Origin: an uncultured Gammaproteobacteria bacterium | GTDB lineage: Bacteria > Patescibacteriota > Patescibacteriia > UBA11705 > JABHMO01 | Direction of reading: 5' to 3' | Assembly: GCA_964486065.1 (NCBI GenBank) | Contig: CAZAKN010000001.1 | Span: 16,657-80,656 of the forward strand | Length of the DNA stretch: 64,000 nt | Shown: positions 10,204 to 19,198 of the stretch, piece after piece | Numbering within the stretch: position 1 is the stretch's first letter | Layout of the letters: every line of letters starts with the position of its first letter | The notes under the pieces: model-generated | What the model was told of the DNA's origin: nothing | What the model saw: the letters and a program-made list of their open reading frames with translations, nothing else | Databases searched by the model: none | Program-made: the position numbers and the translations under genes

Positions 10204-10644
10204 ATGGAAAATATTGTTTTGCAAAACAATGATGATTCGCGATTTGATTTGTTTAAATATCAAGACAAGAATAATTTGCTCTTGATTTTTTTTCGTGGCG
10301 CTTGGTGCGGGCATTGTAAAAAACAGTTGTCCGGTTTGCAAAAACGCTTGTCCGAACTGGAAAAAATGAATTACAAAGTGGTGGCGATTTCCGGTGATTC
10401 CAAATTAAAATCAAGTTTGCTGAAAATTTTTTTAAAATTGGATTTTCCGGTTTTGGCGGATGAAAATTTTTCAGTTATTGATAAATATAATTTGAAAACA
10501 GAATATAAAAATAAACCCGTATCCAAACCAGCAGTTTTTCTTTACAATTCGGAACATCAAGAAGTATATTCGTATATTGGTGAGGATTATAATGATCGCC
10601 TCGGCGCGGACACGCTTATTGAAAAGATCGCAGAATACCGCTAA
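10204..10644 (+). CDS. thioredoxin-fold redoxin (TlpA/peroxiredoxin-like, WCGHC active site)
   Basis: FFRGAWCGHCKKQL carries a CxxC in a thioredoxin-fold context. The start was placed at the ATG directly after the upstream stop (the ORF-track start 10189 is 5 codons earlier). Confidence 0.7.
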   Translation: MENIVLQNNDDSRFDLFKYQDKNNLLLIFFRGAWCGHCKKQLSGLQKRLSELEKMNYKVVAISGDSKLKSSLLKIFLKLDFPVLADENFSVIDKYNLKTEYKNKPVSKPAVFLYNSEHQEVYSYIGEDYNDRLGADTLIEKIAEYR

Positions 10645-10752
10645 TAATTACCGTGGACACCGACAAGAATCGGTACTATCTTTGTCCGCATTGGAAATAC
10701 AATATGGAAAAGAAAATATATAATAATACAAACGAAATTATTCACCCTAATT

Positions 10753-11364
10753 ATGGCTCCATCATTTCACAGTAAACGATTAAACAACAAAATAAAATCA
10801 ACTGATAATTTATATGTTTTTATAGATTCTTCAAATCTATGGGCTGCACAAAAATCTAAAGGTAAATTATTTGATTATCAAAAATTAATAAAATATATAT
10901 AAATAAAATTCAATCCTAAAAAAATAGAAATATTCTATTACACAGCTTATCCAGCTGATGGGACAAGAGATTACAGTTTAGATAAAAGACATAAGTTTTT
11001 CACATTCCTCAAAAAAGGTTTGGGATTCATTGTAAGGAAAAAACCATTAAAACGAATTAAGATAACTGATGATGAATTAGGCGAAGGAATAAAAGAAAAA
11101 GGAGATATGGATGTTGAAATAACAGTTGATGCAATGCATCATAAAGATAAATATGATACTGTAATTTTCTTTTCTGGTGACTCAGATTTTCTTGCATTGG
11201 TAAGTTATCTAAAAAATCTGGATAAAAAAGTATATATTTTCTCATCAAAAAATAATATTTCAGAAGAATTGCGTACTAGCGCAGATGGATATTGTGATGT
11301 ATTAACAATTAATGAAAATACAGATAACATCTGGGGCAGAGAATTAAAAAGAAGACTAAAATAA
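10753..11364 (+). pseudogene. NYN-domain (LabA/DUF88-like) ribonuclease gene interrupted by one in-frame TAA at 10900-10902
   Basis: The single frame 10753-10899 translates to ...VFIDSSNLWAAQKSKGKLFDYQKLIKYI. After the TAA the same frame continues with IKFNPKKIEIFYYTAYPADG...DVEITVDAMHH...FFSGDSDFLALVSYL. These are the three conserved acidic NYN motifs in order, on both sides of one stop codon. The locus is visibly more AT-rich than its neighbours. Confidence 0.6.
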
Positions 11365-11615
11365 AAACAACCCTCCGCAAGGAAGGTTGCCCTAAGATGT
11401 AACACCCTAACAGTTCTATGGCTAGAACTGTAAGACATTATCAATAGAACATCCCCATTATAATTATCAATAGAATAAATAAAATTTTTTACTAAATTTA
11501 GAATAATAATTATCCACAATAACTAAGCACAGCGCGGGAGAGTCACTAAGAACGATCAAAATACACATCGTTCTTAAATAATCATTTAACTTCATGATTC
11601 AAGAACTGAAATATT

Positions 11616-12650
11616 ATGCTAACTTCATCCTTTGATTATAATCTGCCGTCCGATTTAATCGCTCGGCAACCGGCCAAACCGAGAGACCACTCTCGGCTCA
11701 TGATTTATGATCGGAAAAGTAAAAAAATAAATCATGAAAAATTTTTGAATTTGGATAAATATCTGAACTCCAATGATGTTTTGGTTTTCAATGATTCAAA
11801 AGTTTTTCCGGCTCGGCTAATCGGGAAAAAACAAAGTGGTGGCCGAGCTGAGGTTTTATTGCTTAAAAAAATAAATAATCATGAATGGGAAGCCATGCTC
11901 GGCATGAGCAATCCTCGTCCGGGAGTGAAAGTGATTTTTAAGAAAAATTTTCACGCGGATATTATTGATCAAAAGGAAGGTAAAACATGGCGCGTGAAAT
12001 TCAATTTATGCGGCAACTCTTTCTGGCGTGAAGTCAATCGCTTGGGAAAAGTGCCTTTGCCTCCATATATTCAAAGTCAAGAAAAACAAAGTCGCTTGAA
12101 AAAACAATATCAAACCGTTTATTCCAAACAAATAGGCTCCGCGGCCGCACCCACGGCCGGCTTGCATTTTACACCACGATTGCTTCGCAAATTACGCGCC
12201 AAAGGAGTGAAATTTGAATTTGTTACCTTGCATGTCGGGCTGGGAACTTTCGCACCGCTTGATACTCGTCGCGTTGAGGATTACCGGATCCATGAAGAAT
12301 GGGTGAGTGTGCCGAAAAAAACATTGAACAATTTGTCGCTACACAAAGAAAAAGGTCGTCGTATTATTGCGGTTGGCACTACTTCCACGCGGACATTGGA
12401 AGCGATTTTCCGCGAATCCGCGCGTGAGTTTAAACAGGATTACAATGATTTTGTGAACATATATATTTATCCGCCATACAAATTCAGATTTGTGGACGCT
12501 TTGATTACCAATTTCCATTTACCTAAATCCAGTTTGTTGGTTTTGGTTTCCGCTTTCGCGGGGAAAAACAAGATTAAGAAATTGTATGATTTGGCGGTTA
12601 AGCTGAAATATCGTTTTTACAGTTTCGGTGATTCCATGTTCATTCGCTGA
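11616..12650 (+). CDS. queA: S-adenosylmethionine:tRNA ribosyltransferase-isomerase
   Basis: MLTSSFDYNLPSDLIARQPAKPRDHSRLMIY N-terminus and a GTTSTRTLE motif. 344 aa. Confidence 0.9.
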   Translation: MLTSSFDYNLPSDLIARQPAKPRDHSRLMIYDRKSKKINHEKFLNLDKYLNSNDVLVFNDSKVFPARLIGKKQSGGRAEVLLLKKINNHEWEAMLGMSNPRPGVKVIFKKNFHADIIDQKEGKTWRVKFNLCGNSFWREVNRLGKVPLPPYIQSQEKQSRLKKQYQTVYSKQIGSAAAPTAGLHFTPRLLRKLRAKGVKFEFVTLHVGLGTFAPLDTRRVEDYRIHEEWVSVPKKTLNNLSLHKEKGRRIIAVGTTSTRTLEAIFRESAREFKQDYNDFVNIYIYPPYKFRFVDALITNFHLPKSSLLVLVSAFAGKNKIKKLYDLAVKLKYRFYSFGDSMFIR

Positions 12651-12748
12651 CATTTGACCGTTGACTAAAATGAGATTTTACTGTATTCTTGCGGTAGGGC
12701 CAAACGGATAGGGAAGAAGATTAACATTTCTCTACAGTCGGAGGAACA

Positions 12749-13117
12749 ATGCAAACGCAAATTCCTGACCCACCGATCTGTTTGGTTTTGGAGGATGATC
12801 CCGGGATTCTGAAGGTCCTCGGGAGCTTCTTGAAAGCGAAAAGCCAAAACAGATTTCAAGTGGAAACCACGAACTCGGTCGCGGACGCCGTTAAATTGAT
12901 CGCCAAAGGGGTAGTCAAACTGGTGATCTATGATCAAACTTTGGTCAAGATGAATGGCGAAGAACTGGTTTCCGAAGCCAAGAACAAGCAAACCTTAACA
13001 ATCATGATTTCCGGATTCCAATCGGGAAAAGGTAAGTATGATGATTTCATCCCAAAACCTTTTCACAAGGAACAGCTGGAAAAACTCAGCCGACTTTTAA
13101 AAAAAATATTCGGCTGA
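12749..13117 (+). CDS. standalone response-regulator receiver (CheY-like) domain protein
   Basis: LVLEDDPGI acidic pair, a central VIYDQTL (phospho-acceptor Asp position) and a downstream IMISGF. There is no output domain. The gene and its leader look more GC-rich than the flanks. Confidence 0.6.
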   Translation: MQTQIPDPPICLVLEDDPGILKVLGSFLKAKSQNRFQVETTNSVADAVKLIAKGVVKLVIYDQTLVKMNGEELVSEAKNKQTLTIMISGFQSGKGKYDDFIPKPFHKEQLEKLSRLLKKIFG

Positions 13118-13211
13118 ACATCGTAACGGGCGGAGCCACTCATGGTGACGCCTGTTTTATTTTTGCGATATTTTTGCTACAATTACCATAATAATAATTT
13201 AAAAATGTATT

Positions 13212-14150
13212 ATGAAACAAAAATTTATTGTGGATTTTCAACTTAATGATAAATTGCAAAATGAAGAATTCGCAATCAAACAATTCAAATTCGGCAAAAC
13301 TCATGACGGGCGAGATTATGTTGATGTGTTGCTCAGTGATAAAACCGGAGAAATACAAGGTAAAATTTGGCAGGATGAAATCGCTTCATGCGAAACCGTC
13401 AAGCCTGGGGATATTGTGCGTTTGTCCGGGCATGTCGGAGAGTTTAAAGATAAACAACAGTTGAAAATATCTTTTTTACAAAAAATTGAAGATTTCAATT
13501 TACCTGACTTTTTGCCCACCACGGAAAAAGATCCTGAAGAAATGTGGACCCGCGTTAAAGCATACATGGATAAAATTGAAGATGCAGATATCGCCAAATT
13601 GATAAACAATATTTTTTCCGATGATTTTATCAATGATTACAAAAAAGCACCGGCCGCGGAAAAAATTCATCACGCGTATTTGGGGGGGCTTATGGAGCAT
13701 ACTTTGGAAATGTTGGATTTGTCCGCCGTTATATGTGAACACTATCAAGATTTGGATAAATCATTGCTTATCGGAGGAATTATTTTGCATGATATCGGCA
13801 AATTGCAAGAACTGCACGTGGATCATACGATTTATCGTACCACGGCGGGGAGTTTGGCCGGACATATTTCGCTGGGTGCCATGATGGTGGATAAGGAAAT
13901 ACAAAAAATTAAAAATTTTCCGAAAGAAAAAAAAGTAAAACTTTTAAATATTGTACTGAGCCATCATGAAAAATTGGAATTCGGCAGTCCTGTTAAACCC
14001 ATGACCGCCGAGGCTTTCGCCGTGGCGTATATTGATAATTTGTCAGCCAAGGTCAATACCGCCGATCAGGTGGTAAAAAACTACTCTAGTGGCGATCATG
14101 AATATAGTGACAGGATTTTCGCTTTGGATACCAAGCTTTATTTAAATTAA
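13212..14150 (+). CDS. yhaM: OB-fold plus HD-domain 3'-5' exoribonuclease (YhaM-like)
   Basis: N-terminal OB-fold region (DYVDVLLSDKTGEIQGKIW) and an HD motif (HHAYLGGLMEHTLEM...ILHDIGK). Confidence 0.7.
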   Translation: MKQKFIVDFQLNDKLQNEEFAIKQFKFGKTHDGRDYVDVLLSDKTGEIQGKIWQDEIASCETVKPGDIVRLSGHVGEFKDKQQLKISFLQKIEDFNLPDFLPTTEKDPEEMWTRVKAYMDKIEDADIAKLINNIFSDDFINDYKKAPAAEKIHHAYLGGLMEHTLEMLDLSAVICEHYQDLDKSLLIGGIILHDIGKLQELHVDHTIYRTTAGSLAGHISLGAMMVDKEIQKIKNFPKEKKVKLLNIVLSHHEKLEFGSPVKPMTAEAFAVAYIDNLSAKVNTADQVVKNYSSGDHEYSDRIFALDTKLYLN

Positions 14151-14151
14151 T

Positions 14152-15354
14152 ATGAATAATAAGCTACTAACAAACAAGGTGGATATCATCATGTTGAATA
14201 TGTCCGCTTACGCGGATTGGCAAAGTGGCGTGGTCAACCGAAATTTTCATGTGCTGCAAAATCTAGTCAAACAACCGGAAGTGAACAAGGTGGTGGCGGT
14301 TGATTTTTTACCATTGAAATTAAAATCCGCGTTAAAAACTTATTGGCGGGGAGTGGTGAGAGGTCCGCGTTCCGCGGAAACCGTTTACGGAGATTTAACC
14401 ACCGCGTGTTATCGGGAAAACGCCAAATTATATATATATTCAAGCGTTGATTCTTTGTTTTCCAAGCAAACCGTGGTCAAAGAATTGCGAAAAATCATCA
14501 ATAAATTAAAATTGAACAAGCCGATATTTTGGTCATTCAATCCCTTGTTTGTGGAACATGTTTTGTCGTTCAATCATAATCTTCAAGTATTTGATGCGGT
14601 GGATAATTGGGCCGAACATAGCCAATATTTAAAAATCATGAAGCAGGATAAAATATTGGCCAATTACCGACATCTGGCGGAAGCATCCGACGAAATATTC
14701 ACTGTATCCGAATCCATGGTGGAACAATTCAGAAAATTCGGGCGTAAAAATAATTTGCGACGCGTTGCCAATGGCGTGGATTGCAAACATTTCAATGATC
14801 CCGTAAAAAGAGAGCGTCAAACGGAATTGGATAAGATTACCAGGCCGGTCATCGGTTATTTGGGAACCGTTCAAGACCGATTGGATTTTGAACTGATCGC
14901 AAAATTGGCTGAAGCCAATCAAGATAAAACTATTGCTTTGTGCGGTCCGATTTGGCCGAATGTGCGAAACGCGGTGCAACAAATCCTCGGCCGACATGAA
15001 AACATTTTGTTTACCGGTCGCGTTCCGTATAACGAAAGTCCGGCATATTTGCGTCGCTTTGATGTAGCGATAATTCCGCATTTGGTAAATAAATTCACCA
15101 AATCAATGGATCCCATGAAGCTTTATGAATATTTGGTAGCCGGCAAACCAGTGGTGGCTTCGCTCGGTGGAGGCATAGAAGATTATAAAGATTATATTTA
15201 TCCGGCGAAAGATCACGCGGAATTCATTTCGCAAATTGAAAAAGCTTTTTCCGCCGATAACGAACAATTGGCCGAAGCCGCGCGTCAAGCGGTCAAACAT
15301 AATTCTTGGGAAAACATTGTTCGTAAAATGTTGGAAACCGTTTTAAAAGCTTAA
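14152..15354 (+). CDS. GT-B fold glycosyltransferase (GT4-like)
   Basis: 400 aa. The C-terminal half carries a nucleotide-sugar binding pattern (GRVPYNESPAYLRRFDVAIIPH...KLYEYLVAGKPVVAS) with an E-x7-E-like motif. Confidence 0.65.
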   Translation: MNNKLLTNKVDIIMLNMSAYADWQSGVVNRNFHVLQNLVKQPEVNKVVAVDFLPLKLKSALKTYWRGVVRGPRSAETVYGDLTTACYRENAKLYIYSSVDSLFSKQTVVKELRKIINKLKLNKPIFWSFNPLFVEHVLSFNHNLQVFDAVDNWAEHSQYLKIMKQDKILANYRHLAEASDEIFTVSESMVEQFRKFGRKNNLRRVANGVDCKHFNDPVKRERQTELDKITRPVIGYLGTVQDRLDFELIAKLAEANQDKTIALCGPIWPNVRNAVQQILGRHENILFTGRVPYNESPAYLRRFDVAIIPHLVNKFTKSMDPMKLYEYLVAGKPVVASLGGGIEDYKDYIYPAKDHAEFISQIEKAFSADNEQLAEAARQAVKHNSWENIVRKMLETVLKA

Positions 15355-15355
15355 T

Positions 15356-16249
15356 ATGAAATTATCAATTATAATTGTCAGCTGGAATGTTAAAGATTTA
15401 CTTTATAAATTATTGGAATCAATTTTTTATTACACTCGCGACCTTGAATTTGAAGTGATAGTGGTGGACAATAACTCTTCGGACGGAACTGTGGGGATGA
15501 TTAAAAGACAAAACGGAGAAGCGATCAAAACGGGTCAATTGCGAATTATCGCTAACAAAGAAAACGCCGGATTTGCCAAAGCCAATAATCAAGGAATGGA
15601 AATAGCCAAAGGAGATTATATTATTTTCATGAATCCCGATATGGAATTGGTGGAAAACAGTTTCGGAAAAATAATCAATTATTTTTCCGCCAATCCGCGA
15701 GTAGATATTTGCGCGGTAAAACTTTTGTATCCTGACTTGACAGTTCAACCCAATGTAAAAAAAGATCCTGATTGGCGCAGTCAAGCCATGATTCTTTTGA
15801 AAATGCATCACCTAACGCAAAGCAAATCTGTCAAAGAATATTTGCGCAAAGATTTTAATTACGATCAGGAATCGGAGGTTGAACAAGTAATGGGAGCTTT
15901 CTTGGCGATGCCCCGCGCAGCGGCACTCAAACTTAATGGTTGGAATGAAGATTTTTGGTTGTGGTGGGAAGATGTGGATCTGTGTCGCAGAGCTCGCGAA
16001 ACGGGGATGACGATCAAATATTGGCCGGGGACCAAAATTATTCATCATGAAGGCAAGAGTTTTCAGCAAAAAAAATCTTTGGTCAAACAACGCCGTTTCA
16101 ATAAAGGAATGCTATTGTATTTTGCTCAACATGGTGGTCGGGGAGAGTATGCTTTGTTGAAATCCTTGCAACCGATCAGCTTGGCTTTGGCGCTTATGGC
16201 GCAATTGGCTGATGTTAAACCGAAAACGCAATCTAAAATTTCCCAATAA
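15356..16249 (+). CDS. family 2 glycosyltransferase
   Basis: LSIIIVSWNVKDLL...VIVVDNNSSDGT and a DxD-type motif (WWEDVDLC). Confidence 0.8.
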   Translation: MKLSIIIVSWNVKDLLYKLLESIFYYTRDLEFEVIVVDNNSSDGTVGMIKRQNGEAIKTGQLRIIANKENAGFAKANNQGMEIAKGDYIIFMNPDMELVENSFGKIINYFSANPRVDICAVKLLYPDLTVQPNVKKDPDWRSQAMILLKMHHLTQSKSVKEYLRKDFNYDQESEVEQVMGAFLAMPRAAALKLNGWNEDFWLWWEDVDLCRRARETGMTIKYWPGTKIIHHEGKSFQQKKSLVKQRRFNKGMLLYFAQHGGRGEYALLKSLQPISLALALMAQLADVKPKTQSKISQ

Positions 16250-16251
16250 AT

Positions 16252-17790
16252 ATGGAATCATTATTCGCCAGATTTAAGCAAATCAAATTTTTCGGTGGCA
16301 ACTTTCGCTTATATTTATTACTATTTATTTTCGTGGAATTGTTGTCTTTCACCGTGCATTGGCTATCCATCGCCGTGGACATAAGCTTTTTTGTTTATGT
16401 GGCTTTGATGTTGTTCACCTTGTTGCTCACGCTGAAAAATTTGCGTTACGGCTTTTATGTCGCGCTCGGTGAATTATTTATCGGTTCGCAAGGCCATTTA
16501 TTTGACTTGCGGATCAATGATTTTACGATTTCCATCCGCATGGGAATTTTCGCGATTGTTATGTCCGCTTGTTTTTTTCATTTGTTGAAATCGGAGCAGC
16601 GCGCCAAAATCTTTAATTTTTTTCGTGAATTCAAAAGTTTGTTGATTTTCGCCGGGTTTGTTGCTTTGGGTTTGGTTCTGGCTTTTGTTTACGACAACTC
16701 GCCGGCAATGATTTACGCGGATTTTAACGCGTGGCTGTATTTCGCGTATTTTATTCCCGCTGTTTTGGTTTTGGCGGAAATAAAATATTTTAATCGCGTT
16801 TTACAAATTTTTACCGCCTCCATTACCGCGATTGCTTTAAAAACTCTAATATTTGTCTATGTTTTTTCGCATCAAATGCCACTCATGCGCGATCTTTATG
16901 ATTGGGGACGCGACACGCGTTGGGGAGAATTTACGCAGATGGACGGCGGATTTTTCCGGATATTTTCACAAGCGCAAATTTTCGCTTTGTTAGGTTTTCT
17001 CTTAATCTTCTGTTATTTGGCGCTGAAAGGTTTGCGCAATTATCGCACCTCTCAAAATAAATCGCTTAATTTAATCATGATTATACTTTTGGCGATAATT
17101 ATCGTCAGTTTGTCGCGGAGTTTTTGGGTTGCCCTGGCGGGCGGCTTTTTGCTGATTTTGCCGGCCATGATTTTTATTTACAAATTCAATTTTTCCAAAC
17201 TTTTAATTTTATTCGGTCGGTTAATGTTTTTGACTTTGTCCGCGTATTTGCTCATTATTTTGATTATCAATATTCCCTTACTGAATTACAGTGGAGAATT
17301 GCGTGGTGGCACGGATATTTCCAAGCGGATAAACATTGACGGCGTTGCGGTTTCCAGTCGTTGGAGCCAGCTACCCGAATTGTGGCCCGCGATCAATAAT
17401 CATTTATTGTTCGGCTCCGGCTGGGGTAGAACCATAACTTATCAAAGTCAAGATCCGCGGATTCTGAACGAATATAATCCGGAAGGTTATTACACCACTT
17501 ACGCATTTGAATGGGGTTATTTGGATTTAATTTTAAAAATCGGTCTATTCGGCATGGCGTCATATTTGATTTTCTTGTTTTCTTTATTTTATCGTTTGAT
17601 GAATTTATGGAAAAAAAATAAAGACCACTATTTTCGTGCTCTTTGTTTCGGCTTGTTTATCGCTTTGGCCTCTTTGTTACTAACTCACGGTTTCAGCCCA
17701 TATTTGAACCATCCGTTGGGTATCGGTTTTGTGATTATCGTCGCGGTTTTCGTCTTTCGATTTAAACAAGAAAACTTATTTCAGAACTGA
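16252..17790 (+). CDS. O-antigen ligase / Wzy-type polymerase-like polytopic membrane protein
   Basis: About 12 predicted TM helices with a large loop containing a Wzy_C-like segment (SRSFWVALAGGFLLIL). It follows the GT4 and GT2 genes in the same orientation. Confidence 0.6.
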   Translation: MESLFARFKQIKFFGGNFRLYLLLFIFVELLSFTVHWLSIAVDISFFVYVALMLFTLLLTLKNLRYGFYVALGELFIGSQGHLFDLRINDFTISIRMGIFAIVMSACFFHLLKSEQRAKIFNFFREFKSLLIFAGFVALGLVLAFVYDNSPAMIYADFNAWLYFAYFIPAVLVLAEIKYFNRVLQIFTASITAIALKTLIFVYVFSHQMPLMRDLYDWGRDTRWGEFTQMDGGFFRIFSQAQIFALLGFLLIFCYLALKGLRNYRTSQNKSLNLIMIILLAIIIVSLSRSFWVALAGGFLLILPAMIFIYKFNFSKLLILFGRLMFLTLSAYLLIILIINIPLLNYSGELRGGTDISKRINIDGVAVSSRWSQLPELWPAINNHLLFGSGWGRTITYQSQDPRILNEYNPEGYYTTYAFEWGYLDLILKIGLFGMASYLIFLFSLFYRLMNLWKKNKDHYFRALCFGLFIALASLLLTHGFSPYLNHPLGIGFVIIVAVFVFRFKQENLFQN

Positions 17791-18747
17791 GCCGATGAAA
17801 TCTTGATGTCCATTGATGAAATCCTTGATCGGGATTTCTTTTTTTCCCGCCAATTTTATTTGCTGAAGACTCAATGCGTCACGCCCGCAAGAAACAAGAA
17901 TTTGATCGTCCGAGCGATAAACCGTTCCGGGGGATTCGTCTTTGCAATCTTCCACCGGCTTGGCTTTGACGATATCAAGCTTTTCATTGTTCCAGAAAGT
18001 ATAAGTTCCTGGCCATGAAGCGTAAGCTCTCATTTGATTGTAGATATCGTCCGCGCTTTTGCGCCAATCAATTCTGCCGTCTTCCTTTGTTAATTTATAA
18101 CAATATGAAGCGTTATCATCATTTTGCGTGATAAGATTCGGTTTTGATTTGATTAAAACTTTGATCGCTTTATTTAGAATTCTGATTGATTCCAGCGCCA
18201 GCTTTTTGCTTAATTTTAAATAGTTGTCCTCATTTTCAATCGGTATGGTTGATTGCGCGACAATATCACCACTGTCCAATTTGGTATCCAGCAAAATTAT
18301 GGAAACTCCGGTTTCATTGTCACCGTTCAGAAGAGCGGATTCAATCGGCGTGGCGCCACGATATTTCGGCAAAAGCGATGGATGAATATTCACGCATCCG
18401 TTGGGCGTTAAATTGATCATGGCTTCAGGCAATATTTTTCCATAGGCGGTCAGTACCATGATATCGGCCTCCAACTTGCCCAGCTCATCATAAAGTTTGG
18501 GATTTTTTTTCAATTCCAGAGGTTGCCAGTATGGAATATTTTGCTTCAAGGCCAATTGCTTGATCAGAGGGGCGGTGATGGTCTTATTGCGTCCCGCCGG
18601 TTTATCTATTTCCGTAACCACGCCGACTACATGAAAGTTTTTAATTAAATCAAGCAAAATCGGAACACCGAATTCATCGGTGCCCACGAAAATTATTTTA
18701 ATGTCTTTTTGGTCAGACATGGTATGTGTTTTACTTCTTATCAACAA
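17776..18747 (-). CDS. fmt: methionyl-tRNA formyltransferase
   Basis: IIFVGTDEFGVPIL N-terminus, HPSLLPKYRGATPI formyltransferase motif, and a C-terminal Fmt domain. Confidence 0.9.
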   Translation of the reverse strand: MLIRSKTHTMSDQKDIKIIFVGTDEFGVPILLDLIKNFHVVGVVTEIDKPAGRNKTITAPLIKQLALKQNIPYWQPLELKKNPKLYDELGKLEADIMVLTAYGKILPEAMINLTPNGCVNIHPSLLPKYRGATPIESALLNGDNETGVSIILLDTKLDSGDIVAQSTIPIENEDNYLKLSKKLALESIRILNKAIKVLIKSKPNLITQNDDNASYCYKLTKEDGRIDWRKSADDIYNQMRAYASWPGTYTFWNNEKLDIVKAKPVEDCKDESPGTVYRSDDQILVSCGRDALSLQQIKLAGKKEIPIKDFINGHQDFIGSVLK

Positions 18748-19174
18748 TCAAAATACCATCCAAATGATCAAGTTCATGTTGGATAACTCTGGCAAACATG
18801 CCATTGGCTTTAAATTCGGTTTCCTTGCCTTGTTTATCCAAGGCTTTGACTTTGATTGAATTATGTCTTTTTACATTAACGAAAGTTTCAGGTACGCTCA
18901 AGCACCCTTCTTCTTGAACGCTTTGGCGCCAGGATTTGGAGATTATTTTCGGATTGATCAAAGTCAACGGACCGTCTTTGGTTGCCACGATGACTACGCG
19001 AATATTGCGTCCGATTTGCGGGGCGGCCAAACCGATACCGTCTTTTTTGTACATGGTTTCCGCCATGTCTTCCAGTAATGTTTGGAATTCCGAATCTTTA
19101 ATTTGTTCAGCCGGAACCGATTTTGACTTTTCATGTAAACTCGGTTCGGGCAAAGTTACTATGTTTAATATCAT
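18731..19174 (-). CDS. def: peptide deformylase
   Basis: All three PDF motifs are present: GIGLAAPQIG, EGCLSVPE and HELDHLDG. It overlaps fmt, the classic def-fmt operon. Confidence 0.9.
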   Translation of the reverse strand: MILNIVTLPEPSLHEKSKSVPAEQIKDSEFQTLLEDMAETMYKKDGIGLAAPQIGRNIRVVIVATKDGPLTLINPKIISKSWRQSVQEEGCLSVPETFVNVKRHNSIKVKALDKQGKETEFKANGMFARVIQHELDHLDGILIVDKK

Positions 19175-19198
19175 ATTTTTTACCTTAATTTAAATAAA

